Under the pieces are notes generated by a model. The model saw nothing but the letters and a program-made list of their open reading frames with translations, was not told the origin of the DNA and made no database searches. DNA of 33,472 nucleotides from a virus (Duplodnaviria > Caudoviricetes): positions 1 to 33,472 of IMG/VR virus record IMGVR_UViG_3300038312_000303; one strand, written 5' to 3'. Position 1 is the first letter of the stretch, and each line of letters opens with the position of its first letter. The translations under genes and the position numbers were made by a program. This document shows, in pieces, positions 8,290 to 16,521 of this stretch.

Positions 8290-8997
8290 TTACTTCAGAT
8301 GATCAGGTAATTCTTCATAGTCCCATTCAACTACATCGATCGAAAAAATGAAATCGTCTGTAACTTTCTTGCCGTCAGAAATAAAGTACGGGATCTTGAC
8401 TACGACTTTAGACACCTGGTTCCATGCGCTCTGCTTCATGCCAACCCAGACAGGACCAATTATTGAAGAACCGGGAAGAATTGATTGTTCGAGCGGGTGC
8501 CTGAAAAAAATGTTGTAGAACCTGGCTTCCCCTACCTGTTCACCATTTGCGGAGACCAGGGTGCCTTGGAAGTCAGAAATTGCGACCTCCTTGTCAGTAT
8601 TGTTCTTGATCGTAAACAAGGGTTGAAGATATACTTTTGAGCCTTCAAAGCCGGGGTCTTCAAGGAGTCCACCATCCCTTGCTGCAGGATCTGAGATGTA
8701 CAGTCTCTCGAGGGTAACCACAACTCCATTTTGTTCTTGAACCATGTGAACGTTCCTGGCGACCTTTCCCGGTGTGGGGTTTGCAGTAGGCGATGGTAAG
8801 GGAGTCGGTGGGATGGGCGTATTCGTAGGTTCAGGAGTATTCGTAACAGTTGGAATAGCGGTGTACGTAGGATAAGGCGTGAAGGTGGGCTGTGCGGTGT
8901 AGGTGGGATAGGGGGTCTGGGTTGGAATGGGAGCAGCAGGAACGCAAGCAGACACCATCATGGTAAACAGGCAAATTATTAAAGCCAGTTTTCGCAT
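8290..8997 (-). CDS. Lipoprotein with Pro/Thr linker and Ig-like (DUF4352-like) domain; candidate superinfection exclusion
   Basis: MRKLALIICLFTMMVSAC lipobox; PTYT/PT repeats; GGAGG RBS; last gene of the cI transcript. Confidence 0.75.
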   Translation of the reverse strand: MRKLALIICLFTMMVSACVPAAPIPTQTPYPTYTAQPTFTPYPTYTAIPTVTNTPEPTNTPIPPTPLPSPTANPTPGKVARNVHMVQEQNGVVVTLERLYISDPAARDGGLLEDPGFEGSKVYLQPLFTIKNNTDKEVAISDFQGTLVSANGEQVGEARFYNIFFRHPLEQSILPGSSIIGPVWVGMKQSAWNQVSKVVVKIPYFISDGKKVTDDFIFSIDVVEWDYEELPDHLK

Positions 8998-9016
8998 CCC
9001 AGTATTCCTCCTTGTC

Positions 9017-10336
9017 TCAGCTGACATCCTCTAAGATGCTGTTGAATTCTTCTTCAGTAATGATTTGGATCTTCCCGCCGGCTTCCACAAGTTTCCTGGC
9101 AGTACGTTCCTTTTTTGAAAGCTGATCAGCCCCCAGATGTGTGAAGGATGGGACACCCACCACGAGATAATCAACCTGATCATTGACAGTATCTCTTACG
9201 TTCCCGCCCAGGTTTGCTGTCAGTGCTGCAATCTCTCGCCGGGAAGTAGCCAAAGCGCCGGTGAAGACAAAGTTCAAACCATTTAATGGACCACCCTCAA
9301 CCCCATCCTGTTTTACTCGAGAAAAATAGGAAGTGGATCTAAACCTCTTCTTCAATGAGTCTTCCCAATCTGAGATCGAGTGGGAATGATTAGCGAGGAT
9401 ATACAAAACCACCTGTGCTGCCATGAAGGCATCTGCAACGGCATCGTGAGCATCTTTATATTCAATTTCATAATGCAGACAGAGGTTCTGAAGGCTGTAG
9501 CCAGACTGGCGAAAACGTTCATCGGCACGGCGGGCCATCTTGGCGCTATCCATGAACCTCAACTGAACTGGAGGCAGGCTATACCTCTGTTGAGATCTCT
9601 CAACTGCCAGTCGGTCAAATGAGGTGTGAATCACAATCAACTCGCCATCCACCAGCTCCAGCAATGATGGCAGAAGTTCCGGCCAGGCGGGAGCGCCTGA
9701 GACTGTAACTTCATCAATGCCGTGGAGCCATGTGTTTGAGAAGTAAGTTTCGGGATCTACATAGGAGCCCCAAGTATGGGTGACCTTATTGTCTTTAACG
9801 AATGCCAATCCTACCTGGCAAATTGAGGCCATGTCTTCATTGGCGGTCTCAACATCCAGGGCGATGAAATCATATTTACTGGGTTTGGAATTTGTTGAAC
9901 TCCTCTCATTCTTTGAAAGATACTTTTCAACAAATTCTTTTGATACATCCATTGCATCCCCGATGCGGTTAGTCCTGAGCAATACCTTGATTGTGTCCTG
10001 GCTAATGGGCATGCCATGAGGGAGATATTTATCCTTTGCATGCTGAGATTCGTCTTGATAACGCTTTTTTTCAATTTGGAAATTGTGGACTACTGCATCC
10101 TCATAGATTCTTATAAAATCAAGAGCCGTCGTTTTATCGCCTAGTGCTTTATAGACTTTAGACAATTCATCGTAATAGTATGGGGGAGTTCGAGGATCAT
10201 CGTAATTCATTTCCAGCCATCGCACGCACTCCAGTAGCAGATCCCTGGCTTCAGCGTATTTTTTCTCGCGTTTTAGTGACTTTATGACCTCAACCTGTTC
10301 CCAAGGTTTGAACTGGTCATCCTCGCCTAAACCCAC
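9017..10336 (-). CDS. TPR-like helical domain + DEDDh 3'-5' exonuclease (DnaQ-like) + BRCT
   Basis: ALDVETAN, HTSFD and HDAVADA exonuclease motifs; LNGLNFVFTG...LGG...VDYLVVG BRCT; GTG start overlaps the cI stop. Confidence 0.85.
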   Translation of the reverse strand: MGLGEDDQFKPWEQVEVIKSLKREKKYAEARDLLLECVRWLEMNYDDPRTPPYYYDELSKVYKALGDKTTALDFIRIYEDAVVHNFQIEKKRYQDESQHAKDKYLPHGMPISQDTIKVLLRTNRIGDAMDVSKEFVEKYLSKNERSSTNSKPSKYDFIALDVETANEDMASICQVGLAFVKDNKVTHTWGSYVDPETYFSNTWLHGIDEVTVSGAPAWPELLPSLLELVDGELIVIHTSFDRLAVERSQQRYSLPPVQLRFMDSAKMARRADERFRQSGYSLQNLCLHYEIEYKDAHDAVADAFMAAQVVLYILANHSHSISDWEDSLKKRFRSTSYFSRVKQDGVEGGPLNGLNFVFTGALATSRREIAALTANLGGNVRDTVNDQVDYLVVGVPSFTHLGADQLSKKERTARKLVEAGGKIQIITEEEFNSILEDVS

Positions 10337-10935
10337 TAAAATCTCCTGCGGATCTCGATGACCTTGCCTACGATGGTGACTGGGAGTGATTTGACCTGGT
10401 CGGTGCTGAAGAAGACAGGTTCGAAAGCTTCATTCCTGGGGATGAGCATGAGTCCGTTGATCTGTTTCTTGACCCTCTTAACTGTCACATCCTCCCCATT
10501 GACACGGACCACGGCAACATCGCCGGAATCGATGAAGTCTTGCTTTACGACGATAGCAATGTCTCCGTTATTGATCTCTGGCTCCATGCTCTTACCTTTG
10601 ACGCGCAGGGCAAAAAACTCACCATCCTTGACGAAGCGCGGGTAGATATCGATGTATTCCTCAACATTCTCGATCGCTTCAATAGGAACGCCGGCTGGAA
10701 CTTCCCCCAGGACAGGGATCAAATAGGATTGGAGCTGATTGGTTTTCTGTGTTTTGCCAAGTAAGTAATCGATTGATACTTCAAAAATCGATGCCAGCTG
10801 AAGTAGTTTTTCGTTATCAGGCTGGATGTTGCCAATCTCATATTTTGTATAAGTCGACCGGTCAACGCCTAAAGCCTCAGCAACCTGCTGCTGAGTGAAG
10901 CCTTTCATCTCCCTCGCGATCTTGAAATTGTTCAT
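10336..10935 (-). CDS. cI: CI-like repressor (XRE HTH + S24 autopeptidase)
   Basis: TQQQVAEALGVDRSTYTKYE HTH; VPAG cleavage site; GKSMEP Ser and VTVKR Lys; GAGG RBS. Confidence 0.92.
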   Translation of the reverse strand: MNNFKIAREMKGFTQQQVAEALGVDRSTYTKYEIGNIQPDNEKLLQLASIFEVSIDYLLGKTQKTNQLQSYLIPVLGEVPAGVPIEAIENVEEYIDIYPRFVKDGEFFALRVKGKSMEPEINNGDIAIVVKQDFIDSGDVAVVRVNGEDVTVKRVKKQINGLMLIPRNEAFEPVFFSTDQVKSLPVTIVGKVIEIRRRF

Positions 10936-10957
10936 GTAATCACCTCTCTGAATAATA

Positions 10958-11076
10958 ATGTGCCTTTTTGACACATGCAAGAATCACACCAGAATGTGAC
11001 TAATCTCCACATTTCACTGGGTTTACCCTTGACAATGTGCGTAATAGGCACTAAGATATGTGCTAATTACGCACAA
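10958..11076. promoter_or_regulatory. Four CI/Cro operators, consensus ATGTG-N9-CAC(AT)
   Basis: 10958 ATGTGcctttttgaCACAT; 10994 ATGTGactaatctcCACAT; 11035 ATGTGcgtaataggCACTA; 11058 ATGTGctaattacgCACAA. Confidence 0.8.
11029..11057 (+). promoter_or_regulatory. Early lytic promoter (PR-like)
   Basis: TTGACA-17-TAAGAT, overlapped by operator 3 and abutted by operator 4. Confidence 0.8.
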
Positions 11077-11084
11077 GGAGCCTA

Positions 11085-11291
11085 ATGGACTGGTTAAAAG
11101 AGAAAAGACTGGAAGCAAACCTCACCCAGGAAGAAGTGGCAGTCAAGGTAGGGGTCAACAGAGCCACGGTCACGAAGATCGAGAATGGATCACGCACGCC
11201 TTCCATTTGGCTGGCAAAAAGATTGGGAGAGACACTCGGTTTCGACTGGACGCGCTTCTACGAAGAAGAGCCAGAGCCAGAGGCTGGGTAA
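11085..11291 (+). CDS. cro: Cro-like HTH regulator
   Basis: LTQEEVAVKVGVNRATVTKIENG XRE HTH; divergent from cI; AAGGAG RBS. Confidence 0.9.
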   Translation: MDWLKEKRLEANLTQEEVAVKVGVNRATVTKIENGSRTPSIWLAKRLGETLGFDWTRFYEEEPEPEAG

Positions 11292-12247
11292 TGTTTGCTG
11301 ACTCCCCCACTGAACGCGCGAATGCCTGGGCGGATGCCAGGGAGCTGTGGCTGAGCCGGCTGGGATCGCCCAATACGGCGACTTCCTATAACACCGCGCT
11401 GGGATCCCTGCTGGAATTCACCAGGAAAGCGCCCTGGGAGATCAGCCGGCGGGACATCAACGCATGGATGGCGCACCTGCAGAAAGGCAAGAGCGCGCCG
11501 GCCACGATCGCTCTGCGGTTGACGGCGGTCCGATCCTTCTACCGCTTCCTAATCACCGATTACGTGCTTATGGACCTGAATGCCGAGGAATACCGCCTGC
11601 GCGAGGATAACCCGGCGGATGGCTGCAGGACCCCCAAAGTGGAGCGCTATGGCCGCGCGATCTGCCTGGACCGGGAGCAGGCTGCGGCGCTGCTGCAGGC
11701 GATCGAGACAGATAACCTGGTGGGCAAGCGCAACAAGGCGCTGTTTGCCGGCTACATGCTGCTGGGCTTGCGGAACTCGGAGCTGAAAAACCTGAGATAC
11801 GAAGACATCGACGTGCGCGTGGAAGGCATTTATATGCGCTACACGGGCAAGGGAGGCCGGCAGCAGCTGAAAGAGATCTTCCCGCCGGTTTACCAGGCGA
11901 TCATGGCCTTCGCGGATGCGGAAAACCGCTATGAAGGCTACGTTTTCCACTCCTATGACGCGGCTGGTAAGCCGATCAACCGGCCAATCCATGACCAGAC
12001 GGTGCGGGATGCGCTGAAATACTACGCCAGGCGGGCGGGGTTACGAACCCAAGGCCTGCGGGTGCACTCTTTGAGGCACACCGCGGCGATCCTGCGAAAG
12101 GAGGCCGGTGACACAGACGAAGCGATCCAAAAGTTCTTGAAACACGGCAATGTGAACACCACCAGGATCTACCTGCAGCACCTGAAACCGGATCCGGATA
12201 AGACCTGGATGCGGGTGGCAGAGATGCTGGAAATGGTGAAATTTTGA
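11291..12247 (+). CDS. Second tyrosine recombinase (XerC/D-like)
   Basis: TAATG coupling to cro; GLRNSEL, GKG, HSLRH and LKH...TRIY catalytic motifs; SAM-like N-terminal domain. Confidence 0.9.
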   Translation: MFADSPTERANAWADARELWLSRLGSPNTATSYNTALGSLLEFTRKAPWEISRRDINAWMAHLQKGKSAPATIALRLTAVRSFYRFLITDYVLMDLNAEEYRLREDNPADGCRTPKVERYGRAICLDREQAAALLQAIETDNLVGKRNKALFAGYMLLGLRNSELKNLRYEDIDVRVEGIYMRYTGKGGRQQLKEIFPPVYQAIMAFADAENRYEGYVFHSYDAAGKPINRPIHDQTVRDALKYYARRAGLRTQGLRVHSLRHTAAILRKEAGDTDEAIQKFLKHGNVNTTRIYLQHLKPDPDKTWMRVAEMLEMVKF

Positions 12248-12249
12248 GG

Positions 12250-12277
12250 GGTTGGGATAAGGGAGATTATCCCAAGT
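12250..12277. other. dif/lox-like recombination site (11-6-11)
   Basis: GGTTGGGATAA-GGGAGA-TTATCCCAAGT: 9-bp perfect inverted arms with an ATAA-N6-TTAT core, 2 nt after the recombinase stop. Confidence 0.75.
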
Positions 12278-12323
12278 AGCGAGAGAAAAACAGACCTTGT
12301 TAATAATCTTTTTGAGATGAAAA

Positions 12324-12596
12324 ATGAAGGGTAAACCACGCAAACCACAGATGACCGCCCTGACCGGCAAGAACAATGAGCACTTCGTGAAAGGCTTCCT
12401 GGAAGCTGCTGGTGAAGGCCGTTTCAAGGTGCTGGGATACGTGAAAAGACACAAGCCGAATGGGACGATCGTCTTCAGGCTGGAAGCCCGGGACCCGAAA
12501 CGCGGGAAGCTGCATTACAGCAGTGTGGCGGTGCTGCCTGAATACGAAAGCATGGCAGAGCGCATGATCCTGCAGCTGAAGAAAGGCCGGCGGTGA
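12324..12596 (+). CDS. Hypothetical basic early protein
   Basis: 90-aa ORF, coupled to the next gene. Confidence 0.6.
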   Translation: MKGKPRKPQMTALTGKNNEHFVKGFLEAAGEGRFKVLGYVKRHKPNGTIVFRLEARDPKRGKLHYSSVAVLPEYESMAERMILQLKKGRR

Positions 12597-12886
12597 TGGC
12601 AGAGATCCGCGGTGTACCCGTGACTCGAGGGGATGTGCTGTTCCTGGAAGATGCTCCCAAGGAAGACAAGCTGCGCCTGACGATGGCATCTGGGATCTCC
12701 AGGGGGTGGATCAGCGTGCGCACGGTGCAAGGGTTCACTGTCATCATCAGCAAGGATGAATTTGACTGCTTCACGGTGGCCGGCCACATCGAGCGATTGG
12801 GCGAGCTGGCTGGGTTCATCGCTGACTTCAAAGGCGGCCGTGAAATTGAGCAGGAAGAGACTGGCCAGCTGAAGCTGGCGATCTGA
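12593..12886 (+). CDS. Hypothetical early protein
   Basis: GTGATG overlap with the upstream stop. Confidence 0.6.
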   Translation: MMAEIRGVPVTRGDVLFLEDAPKEDKLRLTMASGISRGWISVRTVQGFTVIISKDEFDCFTVAGHIERLGELAGFIADFKGGREIEQEETGQLKLAI

Positions 12887-12895
12887 GGAGGTTCC

Positions 12896-13108
12896 ATGGG
12901 AATGTTGAAAAGCGAGCTTGATGAGATCCATGAAGTGATCACGAGGACGATGCGAGAGCCAAACGAGGAAAACCTGAGCGACTACGAAACAATGGCGATC
13001 AACCAGGTGACGCGCCTTTACTTTGAGGTGCGCCGGCTGGGATACGCCTTAGAAGAGATGCAACGGGAAGCGTTGAGAAAGAAGGTGACATTTGAAGAAA
13101 ACAGATGA
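12896..13108 (+). CDS. Hypothetical helical protein
   Basis: GAGGAGG RBS. Confidence 0.65.
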   Translation: MGMLKSELDEIHEVITRTMREPNEENLSDYETMAINQVTRLYFEVRRLGYALEEMQREALRKKVTFEENR

Positions 13109-13424
13109 CACGGTCTTGGTGGTGCGTGAGATCGAGATGCACTTGAAGGAGCGGGTGATGACCCCTGGTGGACCGGGGCAACTCATCGGTAGATCGCGGG
13201 GCCCGGAAACCGGGACGGAACGGTTGATCGTGAAGCTGGATGATCAGCCTGAGAAACACCCAGGATTGAAAGTGAACCAGGTGTTTCTGTTCAACCAGGA
13301 GGACGTTGTCCCCCTGATCAACAAAACCCCGGATCCTCTGTTGGAGCAGGGATCCGGGGGTAAGGATGGGGTCTTGCGAGACACCCCCTCCATTATAGCG
13401 GAGGAAGAAGATGAGCCAGGATAG
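13092..13424 (+). CDS. Hypothetical protein
   Basis: Fills the operon gap and overlaps both neighbours; start uncertain. Confidence 0.55.
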   Translation: MKKTDDTVLVVREIEMHLKERVMTPGGPGQLIGRSRGPETGTERLIVKLDDQPEKHPGLKVNQVFLFNQEDVVPLINKTPDPLLEQGSGGKDGVLRDTPSIIAEEEDEPG

Positions 13425-13791
13425 GCCCAAGCTGACAGCTGAAGATCTATTGATCTACGAGGTAATCGAAACGCAATCGAAAAATAAACCCATCCCGGGA
13501 AAGCGGTTGGTGAAGCTGGCCCAGGACCGCGGCGTAAGGCTACACGCGCGGGGGATCAGGGAAGGAATTAAGCGCCTGCGGCGGAATGACCGGCTGATCT
13601 GCAGTCTGCCGGGCATCAAGGGCGGGTATTTCATCGCGCAGACGAAGGAAGCCTATGAAGAGTTCGTGCGCCAGGAATTCCAGGCGAAGATCATCGATAT
13701 GGCCATCACCCTGCGGGCGATGAACAGCACCGCCAAGAAAGAGTTTGGCGAATTCAAACAGCTGCATTTGAACATTGACGGCCTGAACTGA
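13411..13791 (+). CDS. Winged-HTH phage protein
   Basis: R.IRE.IK.LR...ICS....GGYFIA pattern; GGAGG RBS. Confidence 0.65.
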   Translation: MSQDRPKLTAEDLLIYEVIETQSKNKPIPGKRLVKLAQDRGVRLHARGIREGIKRLRRNDRLICSLPGIKGGYFIAQTKEAYEEFVRQEFQAKIIDMAITLRAMNSTAKKEFGEFKQLHLNIDGLN

Positions 13792-13798
13792 CCGCCTG

Positions 13799-14542
13799 AT
13801 GATGAAGAAACCACTGCTCCCACCGAGTTATGTCAACATCCCTGCAGCAAGGGTGTATGACACCACCATCCCTGCGGCTGTATTTCAGACCTATGTACAG
13901 CTGCGCGGGATGGCCTGGGGGCAGGATGGGGTCGAAGAGATCCCGATCAAACAGATCATGGAGGTGACGGGCAAATCCAGATCCACGATCTATGGCCACC
14001 TGGCGGTGTTGAGAGATTTGGGCTGGCTTCTGTTCAGCTCAACTCGGCACTGCGGCTTAACCTGTCGGTTTCAAGACCTGCCGGCTGCGGGCCAAGATCA
14101 TTTGTCCAAAAGTCTGGACTGCCTTAATGAAGAAGTTAAAGAATCTTTTAATCCTGTCGATCTTCCTGCTTTTAATGATCTTGAGGGGGAGAATCAGGCG
14201 GCGAGCGTCCAGATATCTGGACTGGCGTCCAGAAGTCTGGACAGAAGCAATGGGTATCACGATGTGATCGATGCGGAGCTGGGCGGGATCCTGGAAGGTT
14301 TGGGGGTGTACCGCACGGTGTTTCCGGCGCTGGCGGAGGCGATCCGGTCCCAAGGGTGGGACCGCGGCCGCCTGGTGCAGATGGCGCGGGACCTACGCGC
14401 GCAGAAGGGCGCCCAAGACGCGGGGAAGCTGTTTGTGTGGCGCGTGAGGAACGGGATTAAGCCCAGGACGGAGGAGGATGCGCGGGCTGAGCAGGCGCAG
14501 GCCTTCAGGGAGCTGTTTTTAGCGAGCAAGGAGGAAGGGTGA
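13799..14542 (+). CDS. Putative replication initiator (N-terminal wHTH)
   Basis: IKQIMEVTGKSRSTIYGHLAVLRDLGWL HTH; internal iteron-like repeats and AT-rich tract, as in lambda O-type initiators. Confidence 0.65.
   Translation: MMKKPLLPPSYVNIPAARVYDTTIPAAVFQTYVQLRGMAWGQDGVEEIPIKQIMEVTGKSRSTIYGHLAVLRDLGWLLFSSTRHCGLTCRFQDLPAAGQDHLSKSLDCLNEEVKESFNPVDLPAFNDLEGENQAASVQISGLASRSLDRSNGYHDVIDAELGGILEGLGVYRTVFPALAEAIRSQGWDRGRLVQMARDLRAQKGAQDAGKLFVWRVRNGIKPRTEEDARAEQAQAFRELFLASKEEG
14104..14242. repeat. Putative replication origin: three 16-bp palindromic iterons around an AT-rich tract
   Basis: GTCCAAAAGTCTGGAC 14104; GTCCAGATATCTGGAC 14207; GTCCAGAAGTCTGGAC 14227. Confidence 0.7.
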
Positions 14543-14623
14543 GTAAGAAATGGAGACAACAATGTGGTCACTAACTAAACTGTTTTTATAATAGCTAATA
14601 GGTTTTTGACCAAAATGTTACCT

Positions 14624-14632
14624 TGTTAGAAT
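14624..14632 (+). promoter_or_regulatory. Candidate extended -10 promoter for the methyltransferase
   Basis: TGnTAGAAT in AT-rich DNA; TTGACC 15 nt upstream of the hexamer. Confidence 0.35.
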
Positions 14633-14702
14633 TATTCAAGCTCCTAAAAATTTTTTATCAAGCGCCTGAAGAGAATACCTAATAAGGTGATAATATTCAG
14701 AT

Positions 14703-15752
14703 ATGAAGAAAATGAACGTCGAAGCAATTGATTTGTTTTGTGGTATAGGGGGATTTACCTATGGTCTTCAACAAGCAGGGGTTAGAGTGCTTGCAGGACT
14801 AGATGTGGATGAATCCTGTAAGTATGCTTTTGAGAAAAATAATTCTTGTGCTTTTATATGTGCAGACATTTCTAGTTTCGATTTTTTACAATTGTCTTCT
14901 GTGTATAGTGAAGATTCGATAAAAGTTCTTGTTGGATGTGCACCTTGTCAGCCTTTTTCATCTCATACATTCAAAGTAAAAACGAAAAACAATGACCAAC
15001 GATGGGATTTAATTAACCACTTCGTTCGAGCGATCAAAGTCCTGGAACCACACATTATCTCAATGGAGAATGTGAGGGGAATTACCAAGACAGATGTATT
15101 TAATCAGTTCCTTTCTGATGTGAAAAGATTGGGTTACGATGTAGACTATCAAATTGTATATACACCCGATTATGGTATTCCTCAGAGTAGAAGTAGGCTC
15201 GTCCTAATAGGCTCAAGAATTGGACTAATTAAGGTACCAGAAGTTACACACAATAAAGAACAATACACCTCTGTTTCAGAGGCTATTGGTAAGCTTGCTC
15301 CAATAAAAGCAGGGGAGACTTCAGAAAACGATCCGATCCATAGGGCTAAGAACTTGTCGGAGATAAATCGATTGAGAATAAAACAATCAACACCTGGGGG
15401 AACATGGAAAGACTGGGACCCTTACTTACTTCCAGGTTGCTATACAAAAGAAAGCGGTCAAACTTACACTTCCGTTTATGGTCGAATGAGTTGGGACAAC
15501 GTTGCCCCAACTATAACGACTCAGTTTTTCAATTATGGATCTGGTCGATTTGGTCATCCTGATCAAGATAGAGGTTTATCCTTACGTGAAGGGGCTTTGT
15601 TACAAACATTTCCGAGAGATTACGATTTTGGAAAAGATATATCCCTCACAAAGATTGGAAGACACATAGGCAACGCTGTTCCACCGCGGCTGGGGACTGT
15701 TATTGGAGAAGCTATGTTTAATCATGTGGTAAAGCGATATGGAAAAGAATGA
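14703..15752 (+). CDS. Orphan C5-cytosine DNA methyltransferase, M.HgiDII-like
   Basis: DLFCGIGG, GCAPCQ, ENV, Q.R.R, SVYGRM.WD..APTITTQ..GRFGHP.QDR and IGNAVP motifs; AT-rich relative to its flanks. Confidence 0.92.
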   Translation: MKKMNVEAIDLFCGIGGFTYGLQQAGVRVLAGLDVDESCKYAFEKNNSCAFICADISSFDFLQLSSVYSEDSIKVLVGCAPCQPFSSHTFKVKTKNNDQRWDLINHFVRAIKVLEPHIISMENVRGITKTDVFNQFLSDVKRLGYDVDYQIVYTPDYGIPQSRSRLVLIGSRIGLIKVPEVTHNKEQYTSVSEAIGKLAPIKAGETSENDPIHRAKNLSEINRLRIKQSTPGGTWKDWDPYLLPGCYTKESGQTYTSVYGRMSWDNVAPTITTQFFNYGSGRFGHPDQDRGLSLREGALLQTFPRDYDFGKDISLTKIGRHIGNAVPPRLGTVIGEAMFNHVVKRYGKE

Positions 15753-15783
15753 CTTTGTTTTTAGAATTTCACTGAGTGTGTAG
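15739..15783 (+). pseudogene. 14-codon N-terminal remnant of a probable GHKL/MORC-ATPase restriction gene
   Basis: MEKNDFVFRISLSV* overlapping the MTase end; resembles the recalled F.F.ISLSVLNHLG start of such proteins. Confidence 0.5.
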
Positions 15784-15785
15784 TG

Positions 15786-16163
15786 ATGAAAGACAGTTTT
15801 TTTAAGCATCTGAAGATCCATAAGTATCCGCTGAAGTTTGAAAAGGAGTTTGAGCTGGATCTGCCTGTGGGGTGGCGGTACCTTTCAGCACAGATCCAGT
15901 TTGGGGAGTACCCGGTGCTGTGGGCGTTGGTGGATACGATGGAAACCAGGACGGAAAAAGTTAAGTTTCACTTCCTGTTCACCGGGGAGGAAATGCCGGA
16001 TCTGGCGGAATATTGGTACTACCACGCGACTTTGAAGACAGAGGCTGACCATATGGTTTGGCACCTGTTCGAGGAGCCCCAGGAGTTTTCCAGGGATCCT
16101 TTTATGAGGATTCATGAGGAGATCGTGGAAGAGCGAGAAAGGGAGAGTGTGGCGCATGAATGA
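15786..16163 (+). CDS. Conserved hypothetical phage protein (IHKYPL...P.LWALVD...TG...VWHLFE)
   Basis: Motif pattern recalled from small phage early proteins. Confidence 0.65.
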   Translation: MKDSFFKHLKIHKYPLKFEKEFELDLPVGWRYLSAQIQFGEYPVLWALVDTMETRTEKVKFHFLFTGEEMPDLAEYWYYHATLKTEADHMVWHLFEEPQEFSRDPFMRIHEEIVEERERESVAHE

Positions 16164-16509
16164 GACGGTATTGAAGCCTTGCCCGTTTTGCGGGAAGGAG
16201 GTCCAGCTGTATGTTTCACTTTCCTACCCGAATGGGTCCAGGATCCCGGCCAAGATCTGGTGCATGACGTGCGACTTCAAGATGACGGCTTATGATGAGG
16301 AAAGGGTGCTGGCCAGGTGGAATTCCAGGCCGATGGAGGATGCCTTGAGGGGGGAGAATGCTGTGTTACAGGAGTTCAGGGACTTTGTTGAAGACTGTGG
16401 CTTCACCCTTCACCAAGAAACAGTAAGAGATGATACACGAACATACTTAAAAGGTCATGGGAGTCTATTTGGAGTAGATCCATATCGATACCGCGCTAAG
16501 CCTAGCTGA
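16156..16509 (+). CDS. Lar-family restriction alleviation / Zn-ribbon protein
   Basis: LKPCPFCG...I.C..C...WN.R signature. Confidence 0.7.
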   Translation: MNETVLKPCPFCGKEVQLYVSLSYPNGSRIPAKIWCMTCDFKMTAYDEERVLARWNSRPMEDALRGENAVLQEFRDFVEDCGFTLHQETVRDDTRTYLKGHGSLFGVDPYRYRAKPS

Positions 16510-16521
16510 GGAGAATTACAG

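Noticed and set aside
8770-8935. Tandem DNA repeat or CRISPR-like array
   Set aside because: These are degenerate codons of a Pro/Thr linker; I saw no repeat-spacer array anywhere in the window
11060-11290. N-terminal extension of the second recombinase (395-aa ORF call)
   Set aside because: It overlaps cro in another frame and starts within the operators; ATG 11291 coupled to the cro stop is more plausible
14703-15752. Complete restriction-modification system
   Set aside because: No intact endonuclease gene; only a 14-codon stub follows the MTase
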